Assembly: GCA_041752695.1 (NCBI GenBank)
Contig: JBGSVZ010000104.1
Span: 1-64,000 of the forward strand
DNA from: Terrimicrobiaceae bacterium
GTDB lineage: Bacteria > Verrucomicrobiota > Verrucomicrobiia > Chthoniobacterales > Terrimicrobiaceae
DNA length: 64,000 bases
Reading direction: 5' to 3'
The translations under genes and the position numbers were made by a program. The notes under the pieces are model-generated. The model did no database searches. It had not been told where the DNA came from and saw only the letters and a program-made list of their open reading frames with translations. Shown here in pieces: positions 1-9,073 of this stretch (position 1 is the first letter of the stretch; each line of letters opens with the position of its first letter).

Positions 1-1
1 C

Positions 2-988
2 TTGATTCACGGGAACCAGAAGCAACTGCTTCCTCTGTGGCGGCAACAAGGAGCCACTGTCGAAAGCCTGAGTTTCGAAGCGGTGAAGACATCTCGGTTG
101 TATATCCCACTTCTTCCCGAACAACGCGCCATCGCCACCTTTCTGGAGCACGAGACCGGGCGCATCGACCTCTTGGTGGCGAAGAAGCGGGAACTGATCG
201 AGCGGCTCAAGGAGAAGCGCACCGCGCTCATCTCCCGCACCGTCACCCGCGGCCTGCCGCGCGCCGCCGCCCGCGCCGCCGGTCTTCCCGAGGACCCGCC
301 CATCAAACCCTCCGGCGTCGCTTCTTTGGGAGACATTCCAAAGCATTGGGAGGCGGTAGCTTTGAAACACTTGGTTTCGAGTCCAATCATCGATGGCCCT
401 CACGAGACTCCGCTGAAGCAGGACAGCGGCATACCCTTTGTCTCCGCTGAATCTTTAGCCAAAGGATCGATCAATTTTGAGAAGATTTGGGGCTACATAT
501 CTGAAGAAGATCACAAACGTTATTCGAAGCGATACAAACCAAGACGTAGGGATGTCCTGCTCATAAAATTGGGGGCAACAACTGGCACAGCTGCAATTGT
601 TGAAACGGATGCGGATTTCAATGTTTGGGTTCCTCTAGCCGCAATTCGGCTAAAATCAAAAATGGAGCCGCGGCTCTTACTTCACGTCTTGCGTTCACGG
701 AATCTACTGGACGCATATCAACTGTATTGGACATTTGGAACGCAACAAACCCTGGGGCTAAAAACTATTTCCGAACTCCGAATCCCCGTCCCACCCCTCC
801 CCGAACAAGCCGCCATCGCCGCGTATCTGGACGAGGAGACGGCGAAGCTGGACGCGCTGGTGGGGAAGGTGGAGGAGGCGGTGGAGCGGTTGCAGGAATA
901 CCGCACCGCCCTCATCACCGCCGCCGTCACCGGCAAGATTGATGTACGCAGGAGGGTTGCCACCTGTCAGGGCAATGAAGTAGACTGA
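2..988 (+). CDS. hsdS: Type I restriction-modification specificity subunit (5' end outside window)
   Basis: Two conserved HsdS blocks (PEQRAIATFL...LKEKRTALISRTVTRG and PEQAAIAAYLD...LQEYRTALITAAVTGKIDVR) flank a variable target-recognition domain; hsdR lies downstream. Confidence 0.95.
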   Translation: MIHGNQKQLLPLWRQQGATVESLSFEAVKTSRLYIPLLPEQRAIATFLEHETGRIDLLVAKKRELIERLKEKRTALISRTVTRGLPRAAARAAGLPEDPPIKPSGVASLGDIPKHWEAVALKHLVSSPIIDGPHETPLKQDSGIPFVSAESLAKGSINFEKIWGYISEEDHKRYSKRYKPRRRDVLLIKLGATTGTAAIVETDADFNVWVPLAAIRLKSKMEPRLLLHVLRSRNLLDAYQLYWTFGTQQTLGLKTISELRIPVPPLPEQAAIAAYLDEETAKLDALVGKVEEAVERLQEYRTALITAAVTGKIDVRRRVATCQGNEVD

Positions 989-996
989 ATCCTTCC

Positions 997-1371
997 ATGA
1001 GCTACCGAGAGCCATTGCCCGAAGGATGTCCTCCCGAGGAGGCGGAGGAAATTGCGGAGAGCAGGGAGGTTTTTCGATTGGTGCGGAACAACCCTCCCAG
1101 ATTCGATGACTTCCGGTCTCAGCGGGCAGAAAAGCCGGATGCAGTGTTCCAAGTGACTGAATGCCAAGCACGCGGTTTGTCGGTCTTTGCCGACCGGCGG
1201 GATTCCGAACGGGCGTTAAAATTGCCGACCTTGCGCGGAAGATTGATTTGTCGGTTGCGGCTGGAACCGGGTGCAGGCCGCATCCAGCAGACGGGCCGCC
1301 CGTCGCACCACACATGGTGGCCGTTGGCAGATTTCGACATTCTGGCGCATGTTGGAATGGAGGACGCATGA
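997..1371 (+). CDS. Hypothetical 124-aa protein, possible ADP-ribosyltransferase-like fold
   Basis: Clean ORF 8 bp after hsdS with motifs VFR, GLSVF and SHHTWW; its stop overlaps the next ATG (ATGA). Confidence 0.7.
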   Translation: MSYREPLPEGCPPEEAEEIAESREVFRLVRNNPPRFDDFRSQRAEKPDAVFQVTECQARGLSVFADRRDSERALKLPTLRGRLICRLRLEPGAGRIQQTGRPSHHTWWPLADFDILAHVGMEDA

Positions 1372-2513
1372 AGACGATCCGCCACACCACCACGCTGTTC
1401 TACTACGACGGCCCGCAGGTCTTTGAAGCTCGCGATGCCATTGGCGGTCATTACCTCGGCGTCTTGGTGGAGCCCCAGAGCGATCAGGATTCCTATCTCG
1501 TGGCGGGCGTGGCCCCGGAGAGATTGCGCCAATTTCGTTCCGGCACGCTGGATCTCAGGGCCTTGTTGGTCGAGGCCGGTGAGGAGGATTGGTATCTCGC
1601 GACGGCGGCTGCTGGTCTCGATCACCCTTTGGCCCTTACGCCCCAGCGGACGCCGCTGAGGGAAAGTACCCTGCTGCCGGATACGGGTTTTCTATTGCAC
1701 GACCGACCTGCCGAGGAACTCGCACTCAGGGAAGCGCGGGAGCGGAACAATCTCGTCCTGGAAATTGCCGCCGACCCCCCGGAAGCAGCGGAGGAACATC
1801 GCATCCGAGTGGGCACGCTCATTGGATTGCTCGGGCACATGCAGACGATGATCAAACATGCCTACGGCGCGGCATTGCGCGAACTCAAGCCCGATAATCG
1901 GCGCTCCATTGACAGGACGGACGCCTATTTGATGGATGTTGTGATTCCGGCGGCGGCAGGTTCGTTCCGCGTCGTGCTCGAAGCAGCCAAGACGCCAGAC
2001 ATGCTCGGCCAGAGTGAGCTTGCCCGGGCGTTGCAGCGGGTGGATGTGTTGTTTGAGAATGCGTCCGATCCCGAAAAGGCTCTGGCCACGGTGAAGGCGC
2101 ATCGCGGGCATTTGGCAGGAGCGTATCTGCGCTTGCTCCGATTCCTCGTTCAGCACAAGACGGGACTGAGCTATTCTTGGGCTGAACCCGCCTTTGCCAA
2201 ATCAAACAACCGTGCCGTGACAGAGGCGGAGGCGGGTCCGCTGGTGGACGTGCTTTCAGGCGTGTCGAATCTCGGCGGCGAATCGGTCACCATTGTCGGG
2301 GCATTCGAGAAGGCCAATCGAAGCACTGGGTCATGGGGGCTCCTCACGGCGGACGGGTTGTTTTCCGGGAAGGTCAAGGAAGGTGGGCCAAGTTTGGAGG
2401 GCCTCAAGATTGGCGGAAGCTATAGGTTCTCCTGCGTCGAGGAGATCGAAGAGATCGAGGGCACTGGTCGGGAACTTCGCACGCTTTATTTGAACGAGCA
2501 CGAACCGGCGTGA
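1368..2513 (+). CDS. Hypothetical protein with DUF6575-like N-terminal domain
   Basis: ATG at 1368 preceded by GGAGG; N-terminus TLFYYDGPQVFEARD resembles DUF6575 (recognised by eye). Confidence 0.65.
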   Translation: MKTIRHTTTLFYYDGPQVFEARDAIGGHYLGVLVEPQSDQDSYLVAGVAPERLRQFRSGTLDLRALLVEAGEEDWYLATAAAGLDHPLALTPQRTPLRESTLLPDTGFLLHDRPAEELALREARERNNLVLEIAADPPEAAEEHRIRVGTLIGLLGHMQTMIKHAYGAALRELKPDNRRSIDRTDAYLMDVVIPAAAGSFRVVLEAAKTPDMLGQSELARALQRVDVLFENASDPEKALATVKAHRGHLAGAYLRLLRFLVQHKTGLSYSWAEPAFAKSNNRAVTEAEAGPLVDVLSGVSNLGGESVTIVGAFEKANRSTGSWGLLTADGLFSGKVKEGGPSLEGLKIGGSYRFSCVEEIEEIEGTGRELRTLYLNEHEPA

Positions 2514-2526
2514 TTGGGATGGAGTT

Positions 2527-2658
2527 CTTATTTGATGGTTATTTGATTGGAAGCCTCTTACGGAGGCTGATCGCTCTCGAATGGTCAGCGTGAGATGCTG
2601 ATTATCACCAGGTTATACATTCTAACCTTGCTCCGGCTTATTTGATGGCCATTTGATT
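2527..2658 (+). repeat. Pair of 22-bp direct repeats upstream of hsdR
   Basis: CTTATTTGATGGTTATTTGATT (2527-2548) and CTTATTTGATGGCCATTTGATT (2637-2658), 20/22 identical. Confidence 0.8.
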
Positions 2659-2660
2659 CT

Positions 2661-5600
2661 ATGTCCCAAACCAACGAACGAGCCTTCGAAACTTACGTTG
2701 AGGAAATCCTGCTGACCAACGGCGGCTGGAAATCTGGGAGCAATGCGGAATGGGACAAGGCGCGGGCATTATTCCCGGCTCAGGTTTTTGCGTTTATCGC
2801 GGATACCCAGCCAAAGCTCTGGACGGAGATGCGGGAGCTCCATGGAGCGGGACTGGAACCCCTGATGTTGACAACATTGGTCAAGGAACTTGACGCCAAG
2901 GGTTCCCTTCACGTCCTGCGGCACGGGTTCAAATTCTACGGCAAGACCTTCCGCCTCGCCTATTTCAAGCCAGCCCACGGAGCGAACTACGAGGTCGTAG
3001 AGCAAGTCGGTAAAAACCGACTCACGGTGACGCGGCAAGTGCCCTGCCATCCCTCCGACAACCGGACACTGGACATGGTCCTGGCGGTGAACGGTCTACC
3101 GGTGGCGACCATCGAATTGAAAAACCCGGGGACAGGGCAGAATTGGCGGCACGCCGTCCGTCAATACCGAGAGGATCGTGATCCCCGGGCTCCGCTCTTC
3201 GATTTCAAGAAAAGGGCGTTGGTGCATTTCGCCGCCGATTCGGAGGAAGTCCACATGACCACCCGGCTGGCTGCGGAAAAGACTCATTTTCTCCCCTTCA
3301 ATCGAGGCAGTCATCCTGGCCAGATCATTTGCGGGTCTGGCAACCCCATGCACGGTTCGGGTTACCGGACCGGCTATTTCTGGGAGGAAGTCCTGCGATT
3401 CGACAGTTTTCTCGATATTCTCGGGCACTTCCTGTTCCTCGAAAAGAAGGAGGAGAAGGTGGACGACGGCCGGGGCGGCTTCCGCATGGTGACCAAGGAA
3501 ACGATGGTTTTCCCGCGCTTTCACCAGCTCGACTCTGTCCGCAAGCTGGTGGTCACCGCAGGCGGGTCCGGTCCGGGACAAAATTACCTCATTCAGCATT
3601 CCGCCGGCAGCGGAAAAACCAACAGCATTTCATGGCTTTCCCACCGATTGGCCAGCCTTCACGACAGCACCGACACGAAAGTCTTCGACTGCGTCGTCGT
3701 CATCACGGACCGGCAGGTTCTCGACCGGCAATTGCAGGATGCCATTTACCAGATTGAGCACGCCCAAGGTGTGGTGAAGGCGATCGATCAGGATTCCAAG
3801 CAATTGGCAGCCGCCCTGATCGACGGAACAAAAATCGTCATCACCACGCTCCAGAAATTTCCCTTCGTGCTGCGCGGGCTGCTCCATGCCGCCGGTGCGG
3901 AAAGCCAGGAGGAAGCGACCGATGAACAGAAGATCGATGCCGCCAAATGGGAGGCGGAAATCGCAAAGCGCCGCTACGCAGTTATCGTAGATGAGGCCCA
4001 TTCCAGCCAGAGCGGCGAGACTGCGCGGGAACTGAAGGCGATCCTCGGCGCTACGGCCAAGGCAGAGAACTCTGGCGGTCCAGAGGAGGAGCCGGATTGG
4101 GAAGATCGTCTTAATCAGGTGATGTCATCCCGCGGGCGGCAGCCAAATTTGAGCTTCTTCGCCTTCACCGCCACCCCCAAAGGCAAGACACTGGAGCTTT
4201 TCGGCAAGAAGGGGGCGAGCGGGATGCCCGAGGCATTTCACCTCTATTCGATGCGGCAGGCCATTGAGGAGGGTTTCATCCTCGATGTGGTGAAAAACTA
4301 CACCACCTACGCGACGTACTACCGTCTGGTGAAGGCCATCGAAGACGACCCGGACCTGCCGAAAAAGAAAGCCGCTCGCGCGCTGGCCAAGTTCATGAGC
4401 CTGCACCCGCACAACATCGAACAGAAGACGGAGGTGATGGTGGAGCATTTCCGCCAAAAGGTGCAGGGACACCTTGGCGGCCGGGCCAAGGCGATGGTTG
4501 TCACCTCGTCCCGCCTGCATGCGGTGCGCTACATGAAGGCCTTCGAGCGCTACCTCGTGGAAAACCAGATCACCGACATTCGGCCATTGGTCGCCTTCAG
4601 TGGAACCGTCAAAGATCCCGACACCGGACTCGATTACACCGAACCCAGCATGAACGCGGATTGTGTGAGTGGCAAGGCCATCAGCGAAAAGCAACTCCCC
4701 GAGCGTTTCGCCTCGCCGGATTATCAGGTGTTGCTGGTGGCCAACAAATATCAGACCGGGTTCGACCAGCCTCTGCTTTGCGCCATGTATGTGGACAAGC
4801 GGTTAGATGGCGTGCAGGCGGTGCAGACTCTCTCCCGGCTGAATCGCAAGATCCCTGGCAAAGAAAATCCGTTCGTCCTCGATTTTGTGAACGAGGCGGA
4901 GGACATCTACAAGGCGTTTAAGCCCTACTACGATGCCACGAGCCTACAGGAAGGTTCCGACCCGCAGCGGTTGGAGGAGATCAAACACGAACTCGATGCG
5001 GCCCAGGTGTATTTCTGGAGCGAGGTCGAGGCATTCAGCCGGGTTTTCTACAAACCGTTGTCACGCCAGACTGCCCAGGATCACGCCGGCATGCAACTCC
5101 ATCTCCAGCCGGCCGTAGACCGTTTCAAGGCTCTCGAAGATGATGCCGCCCGAAGCGCATTTCGCGATAAACTGTCGGGATTCGTCAACCTCTACGCCTT
5201 CATGAGCCAGATCATGCCCTACGCGGATCCCGCGCTGGAGATGCTTTACAGCTACGGGCGATTCCTCCTGCCGCATTTGCCCCTGGACCGGGACATGGAA
5301 CAGGTCAAAATCGGTGACGAAGTCGGGCTTCATTATTACCGACTTCAACGGATCTATGCGGGAGAGATAACCCTGCGCGAGGGAGATCCCGAAGGCGTCA
5401 AGAGTCCAACCGACGTGGGCACCGGGCGAGCCAAAGAGGAAAAGGCTCCACTCTCCGAAATCATCAAGGTGCTCAACGACCGATTCGGAACCAGCTTCTC
5501 AGAGGAGGATCGCTTTTTCTTCGAGCAGATCCGCGAGAAGGCAGTGAACGACGAGCAGGTCATCAAGCTCCGGCAGGCCAATCCCTTCGACAAATTCCAG

Positions 5601-5771
5601 CTCGGCCTGCGGCAATTGATTGAAGACCTGATGATCGCCCGCATGGACGACAACGACAAAATCGTGACCCGCTACATGGACGACAAGGACTTTGGCTCGA
5701 CCGCGTTTTCCGTCCTGTCGAAGGCGATCTACGAGTCGATTCCTGCGGCGGAACGCCCGGGAAATATGTAA
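2661..5771 (+). CDS. hsdR: Type I restriction endonuclease subunit R
   Basis: Nuclease motif D..L.VNGLP...ELKN, Walker A HSAGSGKT, DEAH box VDEAHSSQ, FTATP and QTGFDQP. Confidence 0.97.
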   Translation: MSQTNERAFETYVEEILLTNGGWKSGSNAEWDKARALFPAQVFAFIADTQPKLWTEMRELHGAGLEPLMLTTLVKELDAKGSLHVLRHGFKFYGKTFRLAYFKPAHGANYEVVEQVGKNRLTVTRQVPCHPSDNRTLDMVLAVNGLPVATIELKNPGTGQNWRHAVRQYREDRDPRAPLFDFKKRALVHFAADSEEVHMTTRLAAEKTHFLPFNRGSHPGQIICGSGNPMHGSGYRTGYFWEEVLRFDSFLDILGHFLFLEKKEEKVDDGRGGFRMVTKETMVFPRFHQLDSVRKLVVTAGGSGPGQNYLIQHSAGSGKTNSISWLSHRLASLHDSTDTKVFDCVVVITDRQVLDRQLQDAIYQIEHAQGVVKAIDQDSKQLAAALIDGTKIVITTLQKFPFVLRGLLHAAGAESQEEATDEQKIDAAKWEAEIAKRRYAVIVDEAHSSQSGETARELKAILGATAKAENSGGPEEEPDWEDRLNQVMSSRGRQPNLSFFAFTATPKGKTLELFGKKGASGMPEAFHLYSMRQAIEEGFILDVVKNYTTYATYYRLVKAIEDDPDLPKKKAARALAKFMSLHPHNIEQKTEVMVEHFRQKVQGHLGGRAKAMVVTSSRLHAVRYMKAFERYLVENQITDIRPLVAFSGTVKDPDTGLDYTEPSMNADCVSGKAISEKQLPERFASPDYQVLLVANKYQTGFDQPLLCAMYVDKRLDGVQAVQTLSRLNRKIPGKENPFVLDFVNEAEDIYKAFKPYYDATSLQEGSDPQRLEEIKHELDAAQVYFWSEVEAFSRVFYKPLSRQTAQDHAGMQLHLQPAVDRFKALEDDAARSAFRDKLSGFVNLYAFMSQIMPYADPALEMLYSYGRFLLPHLPLDRDMEQVKIGDEVGLHYYRLQRIYAGEITLREGDPEGVKSPTDVGTGRAKEEKAPLSEIIKVLNDRFGTSFSEEDRFFFEQIREKAVNDEQVIKLRQANPFDKFQLGLRQLIEDLMIARMDDNDKIVTRYMDDKDFGSTAFSVLSKAIYESIPAAERPGNM

Positions 5772-5792
5772 TACCGTCCCAGCGGAACGGCC

Positions 5793-6713
5793 TCAAAACA
5801 CCGCCGGTTCGCCTTCGTTGAGCAGGTGGACTTTGTCGAGCAGGTTGAGGGCGAGCGCTTTTTCCAGGAGGCGCTGAGGGGGTTCGTGCAGGGGTTCGTA
5901 GCTGAGCCGGAAGGTCCCGAAGTGCATCGGGATCATGGTGGTTGCCTGCAGCTCCTGGAAGGCCTGCAGGGCCTGCTCGGGGTTCATGTGGACATCGCGC
6001 TTGGTCGGAGCCTCGTAGGCCCCGATGGGCAGGAGGGCGATTTCCACGTTCGCGCGTTCTCCGATTTCTTTGAAGCCGTCGAAATACGCGGTGTCTCCAC
6101 AATGGAAGATTGTCCGGCCCGCATATTCGATCAGGAAACCGCCAAACCCCCGGTGGCTGTCGTGCAGAACGCGCGCCCCCCAGTGTCGGGCCGGCGTGAG
6201 CGTCACCTTGAGCGAGCCGAGTTGGAAGGTGTCCCAATGGTTCATTTCGTGCACGCGGTCGAATCCCAGATCGTGCACCAGATTGCCGACGTTTTGGGGC
6301 ACGGCTATGGGCTGGTCACGGGCCACGGCCCGCAGCGTTTTCCGGTCGAGGTGGTCAAAATGCGCGTGCGTCACCAGCACGAGGTCGATGGCGGGGAGAT
6401 CGTGAAGTTCGATGCCGGGATGTTTGATGCGTTTGATCACCTTCAGCCACTTCGCCCAATTGGGATCGATGAGCACACTCTGCTCAGGCGTCTGGATGAG
6501 GAAGGAGGCGTGCCCGATCCACGTGATGCAGACCTGGCCTTCGGCGAGTGCGGGAAAAACCGGCTTGAGGCGGCTGCCGTGCCGTTTGGTGAAGAGCGAG
6601 GGGATCACGACCTCGGCGAGAAAATTGCGTTTATGCCAGCCGTCGCCCAGCTTCATGTCCACGTGATTGTGGGGTTTCGCGCTCTTCCTTTTTTGCAACA
6701 AACGGCGCACCAT
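5793..6713 (-). CDS. MBL-fold metallo-hydrolase (NAPE-PLD/UlaG-like); start uncertain (6713 or 6656)
   Basis: TWIGHASFLI, THAHFDH, PARHW, CGDT, LLPIGAY and PMHFGTF motifs. Confidence 0.9.
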   Translation of the reverse strand: MVRRLLQKRKSAKPHNHVDMKLGDGWHKRNFLAEVVIPSLFTKRHGSRLKPVFPALAEGQVCITWIGHASFLIQTPEQSVLIDPNWAKWLKVIKRIKHPGIELHDLPAIDLVLVTHAHFDHLDRKTLRAVARDQPIAVPQNVGNLVHDLGFDRVHEMNHWDTFQLGSLKVTLTPARHWGARVLHDSHRGFGGFLIEYAGRTIFHCGDTAYFDGFKEIGERANVEIALLPIGAYEAPTKRDVHMNPEQALQAFQELQATTMIPMHFGTFRLSYEPLHEPPQRLLEKALALNLLDKVHLLNEGEPAVF

Positions 6714-6734
6714 AGCTGAAGTGAGGATGTTCGG

Positions 6735-7304
6735 ATGATTCATCAGGAAAAGCAAACCCTGCGCACACAAATGAAAGCAGCCCTGCACACGTTGCCCGGT
6801 AAAGCCGCAGCGTCCGCAAGGATCCATGCTCTTTTGCAGAACTGGGCGGTCTGGCAAGCCACGCCGATCATTTACGGATATTCCCCCCTGCGCTCGGAAC
6901 CCGACTGGCAGGGCGAGGCCTGGCCACTCGGCAAAACGCTGGCCTTTCCCCGCGTGGCGGCCACCGGGCTGATTTTTGTCACCGGTCGGGAGTTTTGCCG
7001 GGGACCGCATGGGATTCTCGAGCCCGCCGGCACGGAATCCGCGCCGTCTGCCGGTCTGGTGCTTGTGCCCGGTCTGGCTTTTGACAACCACGGCTTCCGG
7101 CTGGGGCGGGGAGGCGGATATTACGACCGCTTTATCACATCGCTGGGCCAGCCGCGTCCGATTCTCTGTGGGGTTTGTTTTGCCTGTCAGATCCTGCCGG
7201 AGATTCCGCGGGAGGCCCATGATGCGCGGGTCGATTACGTGGTGAGTGAAGCGGGTCTGCAATCGACTGAAAATTTCGCTTGCCTCCGCGGAATTCCTGA
7301 GTAA
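6735..7304 (+). CDS. 5-formyltetrahydrofolate cyclo-ligase
   Basis: LVPGLAFD..GFRLGRGGGYYDR and P.E.HD motifs. Confidence 0.93.
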   Translation: MIHQEKQTLRTQMKAALHTLPGKAAASARIHALLQNWAVWQATPIIYGYSPLRSEPDWQGEAWPLGKTLAFPRVAATGLIFVTGREFCRGPHGILEPAGTESAPSAGLVLVPGLAFDNHGFRLGRGGGYYDRFITSLGQPRPILCGVCFACQILPEIPREAHDARVDYVVSEAGLQSTENFACLRGIPE

Positions 7305-7402
7305 CGTCTCGCCTCCCGCACAAAGTCGGGGCAAAGACCGAGCACCTTGGCGTGCTTTTTTTGTCCTCTGAATGACTCGGGGACAGCCTACTCGCACAAC
7401 CA

Positions 7403-7819
7403 ATGCCTACAATCAACCAACTGGTCCGCAAGGGACGCAGCAAAGTGACGGTGAAATCCAAATCACCGGCGCTCGTGAAATGCCCGCAACGCCGCGGAGT
7501 CTGTGTGCAGGTCATGACCCGCACCCCCAAGAAACCCAACTCGGCCCTGCGCAAAGTCGCCAAGGTCCGCCTCACCAATGGGCAGGAAGTCATCGCTTAC
7601 ATCCCCGGTGAAGGGCACAATCTTCAGGAACACTCCATCGTCCTCGTTCGCGGGGGCCGTGTGAAGGATCTTCCCGGTGTTCGCTACCACATCGTTCGTG
7701 GCACCCTCGACAGCCTCGGGGTTGACGGACGCCGCCGCAGCCGTTCCAAATACGGTGCCAAACGCCCCAAACCCGGCCAGGAAGACGCCAAGGGTGCCAA
7801 GGGCAAGAAAAAGAAATAA
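7403..7819 (+). CDS. rpsL: 30S ribosomal protein S12
   Basis: [23 protein letters not shown] and [14 protein letters not shown]. Confidence 0.99.
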   Translation: MPTINQLVRKGRSKVTVKSKSPALVKCPQRRGVCVQVMTRTPKKPNSALRKVAKVRLTNGQEVIAYIPGEGHNLQEHSIVLVRGGRVKDLPGVRYHIVRGTLDSLGVDGRRRSRSKYGAKRPKPGQEDAKGAKGKKKK

Positions 7820-7835
7820 CTGATCTCATCGTCCT

Positions 7836-8309
7836 ATGTCCCGTCGCCGCCGCACCATTCATAAAGAAGTCAAGAAGGACGCCCGCTATGCGAGCCCCGT
7901 CGTGGCCCGCCTCATCAGCGCCGTCATGCTCGCCGGCAAAAAAAGCATCGCCGAGCGCATCGTTTACACCGCGATTGACAAATCCCGCGAAGGCACCGAC
8001 ACCGTCGATCCTCTCGAGACTCTCAACAAGGCCATCGAAAACGTCAAACCCCGCCTGGAAGTCAAATCCCGCCGCGTGGGTGGAGCCACCTACCAGGTGC
8101 CGATGGAAGTTCCTTCCGACCGCCAGATCGCTCTCGCGATGCGCTGGCTCGTCACCTTCGCCGGCAACCGCAAGGGTGTCCCGATGGACAAAGCCCTCGC
8201 TTACGAGCTGAAAGACGCCGCCGCCGGTCAAGGCAACGCCATCAAAAAGCGCGACGATATGCACAAGATGGCCCAGGCCAACCGTGCGTTCGCCCACTTC
8301 CGCTGGTAG
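7836..8309 (+). CDS. rpsG: 30S ribosomal protein S7
   Basis: SRRVGGATYQVP and HKMAQANRAFAHFRW. Confidence 0.99.
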   Translation: MSRRRRTIHKEVKKDARYASPVVARLISAVMLAGKKSIAERIVYTAIDKSREGTDTVDPLETLNKAIENVKPRLEVKSRRVGGATYQVPMEVPSDRQIALAMRWLVTFAGNRKGVPMDKALAYELKDAAAGQGNAIKKRDDMHKMAQANRAFAHFRW

Positions 8310-8336
8310 CACAACCCTTTCCCCACCAAAAAACAG

Positions 8337-8365
8337 AAAAGGCGGCCCATTGAGCCGCCTTTTTT
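8337..8365. terminator. Bidirectional intrinsic terminator after rpsG
   Basis: AAAAGGCGGC-ccattga-GCCGCCTTTTTT hairpin between convergent genes. Confidence 0.85.
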
Positions 8366-8371
8366 GTTTTC

Positions 8372-9073
8372 TTATCCAAACGAAAACCACTCCACGCACC
8401 CTCCCGGCCGCGCCGCCAGGGTGCCGGCGAAATCCTCGGCGGGATCCACCTGGTGCAAGGTCCAGTCTTTCGGCCCATCCCAGTCGAGCGAAACGACCCG
8501 TAACGGGTCGAGGCCGACGTCGATCTTGGAAAGCTCCAAGGCAAAACCCAGGGCAGTGACTTTCATCAGAGCCTCTTTCGCCGTCCACAGACGAAAGAAC
8601 CCGCGCAAATAGGCGGCCTCATCATCCGCTTCGATCTCTCCACGTTCGCGCTCGCTGAAATACCGCCCGGCAATATCCCGCGCATGGAGCCGTGGGGAGA
8701 TGTGTTCGATGTCCAGACCCAGCGGCCCGTCGAGCGTAAATGCTACGGCCATCAAATCTCCCGAGTGCGAGAGATTAAAATGCAGCGGCCGGTTTTCCAG
8801 GGCAGGTTTGCCATGCACCCCATACGTGAACGTCAGGGCCCGCGGTTCCTCGTTGAGATACCGTCCCGCCAGCACCCGCAGGGCACCGCGCGCAATGGCG
8901 TACCGGGTGCGGAGAACCGGCATCTTGAACCGGTCCATGCGGGCCCGTTCATCCGGGGAAAGATAGGTGTGAAAATCCGCCGGGTCCGTCTCATTGAGCG
9001 GACACCGCCAGAGATGAATTTCCCCCGGTTGCAACGGGCGAAATTCTGCGGTTCCCATTTCGTCCGCGTTCAA
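8372..9073 (-). CDS. 4'-phosphopantetheinyl transferase (Sfp type)
   Basis: GKP, FNLSHS, GLDIE and WTAKEALMK motifs. Confidence 0.95.
   Translation of the reverse strand: MNADEMGTAEFRPLQPGEIHLWRCPLNETDPADFHTYLSPDERARMDRFKMPVLRTRYAIARGALRVLAGRYLNEEPRALTFTYGVHGKPALENRPLHFNLSHSGDLMAVAFTLDGPLGLDIEHISPRLHARDIAGRYFSERERGEIEADDEAAYLRGFFRLWTAKEALMKVTALGFALELSKIDVGLDPLRVVSLDWDGPKDWTLHQVDPAEDFAGTLAARPGGCVEWFSFG

Noticed and set aside
116..940. Internal DNA repeats in hsdS as a shufflon or invertible system
   Set aside because: They are direct repeats encoding the normal HsdS conserved regions; no inverted repeats, silent hsdS copy or recombinase is visible in the window.
2527..2658. Possible mini-CRISPR array
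   Set aside because: Only two 22-bp repeats with an 88-bp spacer, non-palindromic, and no cas genes.
1..5792. RM locus as part of a mobile element with a defined right end
   Set aside because: No integrase, transposase, tRNA or att-like repeat is visible after hsdR; the left part lies outside the window.
6714..6734. 6S RNA expected upstream of the 5-formyl-THF cyclo-ligase gene
   Set aside because: Only 21-78 bp separate the divergent genes, too short for 6S RNA.
6714..7403. N-terminal extension of the MBL hydrolase ORF (536-aa call)
   Set aside because: The extension is antisense to the cyclo-ligase gene; homology motifs begin only after about 6713.
7520..7680. Streptomycin-resistance substitutions in RpsL
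   Set aside because: PKKPNS and RVKDLPG are wild-type at the known Lys positions.
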